Positions 62,839 through 64,000 of a stretch of 64,000 bases of DNA are shown here, piece by piece; position 1 is the first letter of the stretch, and the number at the start of each line of letters is the position of its first letter. Source of the stretch: Octopus sinensis (taxonomy: Eukaryota); contig NC_043019.1 of assembly GCF_006345805.1 (NCBI RefSeq), positions 10,105,360 through 10,169,359 on the forward strand, given 5' to 3'. The notes below the pieces were generated by a model. It saw nothing but the letters and a program-made list of their open reading frames with translations, did no database searches and was not told where the DNA came from. The translations under genes and the position numbers were made by a program.

Positions 62839-64000
62839 CTAATAATAATAACTTGCAGAGTATATGAAAATTCCACATATTTTAAATATTCTTATTTATA
62901 GATCCTTGTAACATTATGTCATTATGAATAAGTTTTGGGTTTCACAGTTGAGCTTGTTAAAGACTTAACACTTTAATACATGCTGTGCCAAGCAGAATAA
63001 TACTATAAATTTTAAAGCTCAGCACCAGATCATAAATTTAAGATGAGGGAACCCAGTTGGTTCTTCAGTGGTTCTTTACAACTCACTCTAACATTAATTC
63101 AAAAATCTAAAGGAAACTATCTAAATACTTGAGAGTATTTTGTCTGTAGGCCCAGCAATTCTGCTACCACGTCCCTCTATTCAGCCAACATGTTACATTC
63201 ACCAAAGCCACTTCATTCAAACTCAAGATATCGAGGTCATAACACCACCCTGTTCACCTGGGAATATATTGAATTCACCAAATACACTACATTCATAATC
63301 AAGATGTTGATAAGCTGTAATATTTTAGTTGCTAATAAGATTAACCTATTTACATTGGTTCTTATGTTCACACTGTGGTGAGCATTAAACTCAGCTCACA
63401 CGTCAATTAATTCAATCTTAATTCAACTCTTCATTCAACTCATTCAACTCTTTCCATACAAACCACCTTGTAATCTTTTACTTTCTGAATTCAAATACCA
63501 CCAACTTTACCTTTCCTCTTTGTAGCATTCATAAAATAAAGCAAAGGCTAAATAACGGGGTTATTATTGTAGTTTTCTATAATGTTGTAGTTCTCAAATG
63601 GTGCACCATGTTGCACTGGTATGCAACTAATTTTTTAAAACATCATCATCATCATTGTCATTGTTGTCGACGTCATCGCTGTCATCATCATCATCAACAA
63701 CAACACATTAATATCCACTTTCTCCTGCTTGCATAGATGGAAGCATTTTATTGATACAAACTTTCTACAACAGCCATTCCTATTGTCAACCTTCATCTGT
63801 TTCCAAACAAGGTAATATTTCACTCATGGCTGTACATCTGATTGCAGAATATTGGAAATGAATGCCGTGATTAACTATGCAGGTAATTAGCCCTTATCCT
63901 ACCTTACTGAATATTTTGAATATTTCAGCCGTGATTCTGGATGGACCAGGGGTTTTCCTGGTCTTTATGTCCTTAATTGCCTTATCTACCATACTACTGT

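Overview
AT-rich, repeat-dense eukaryotic genomic DNA. The SINE/LINE families look like those of Octopus-type cephalopods (inference from pattern recognition, no database check). Two divergently transcribed intron-containing genes were reconstructed by hand with GT-AG boundaries and consistent phases. ELAC2/RNase Z(L) is on the minus strand (15 coding exons, 24317->1716, continuing past the left edge). A complete TMEM18 is on the plus strand (5 exons, 34451-55577, 154 aa). The rest is mostly tRNA-derived SINEs, decayed LINEs (RTE, R4/Dong-like, Tx1/L1-like, CR1-like), Tc1/mariner relics, MITE-like palindromes and microsatellites; repeat boundaries are approximate. Most short ORFs in the supplied track are noise. 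Best leads: (1) an intact 72-codon ASPM-like IQ fragment inserted antisense inside a dead LINE; (2) minimal hammerhead-ribozyme motifs of the Penelope-element type, one near-consensus and two decayed copies in a palindrome; (3) a frameshifting 145-bp duplication inside ELAC2 exon 11, possibly an assembly artefact, which also creates a potential frame-restoring 169-nt intron; (4) 11-codon uORFs whose stop codons overlap the main AUG in both genes; (5) head-to-tail SINE arrays in (TTA)n, with a SINE tail resembling an adjacent Tx1-like LINE 3' end.
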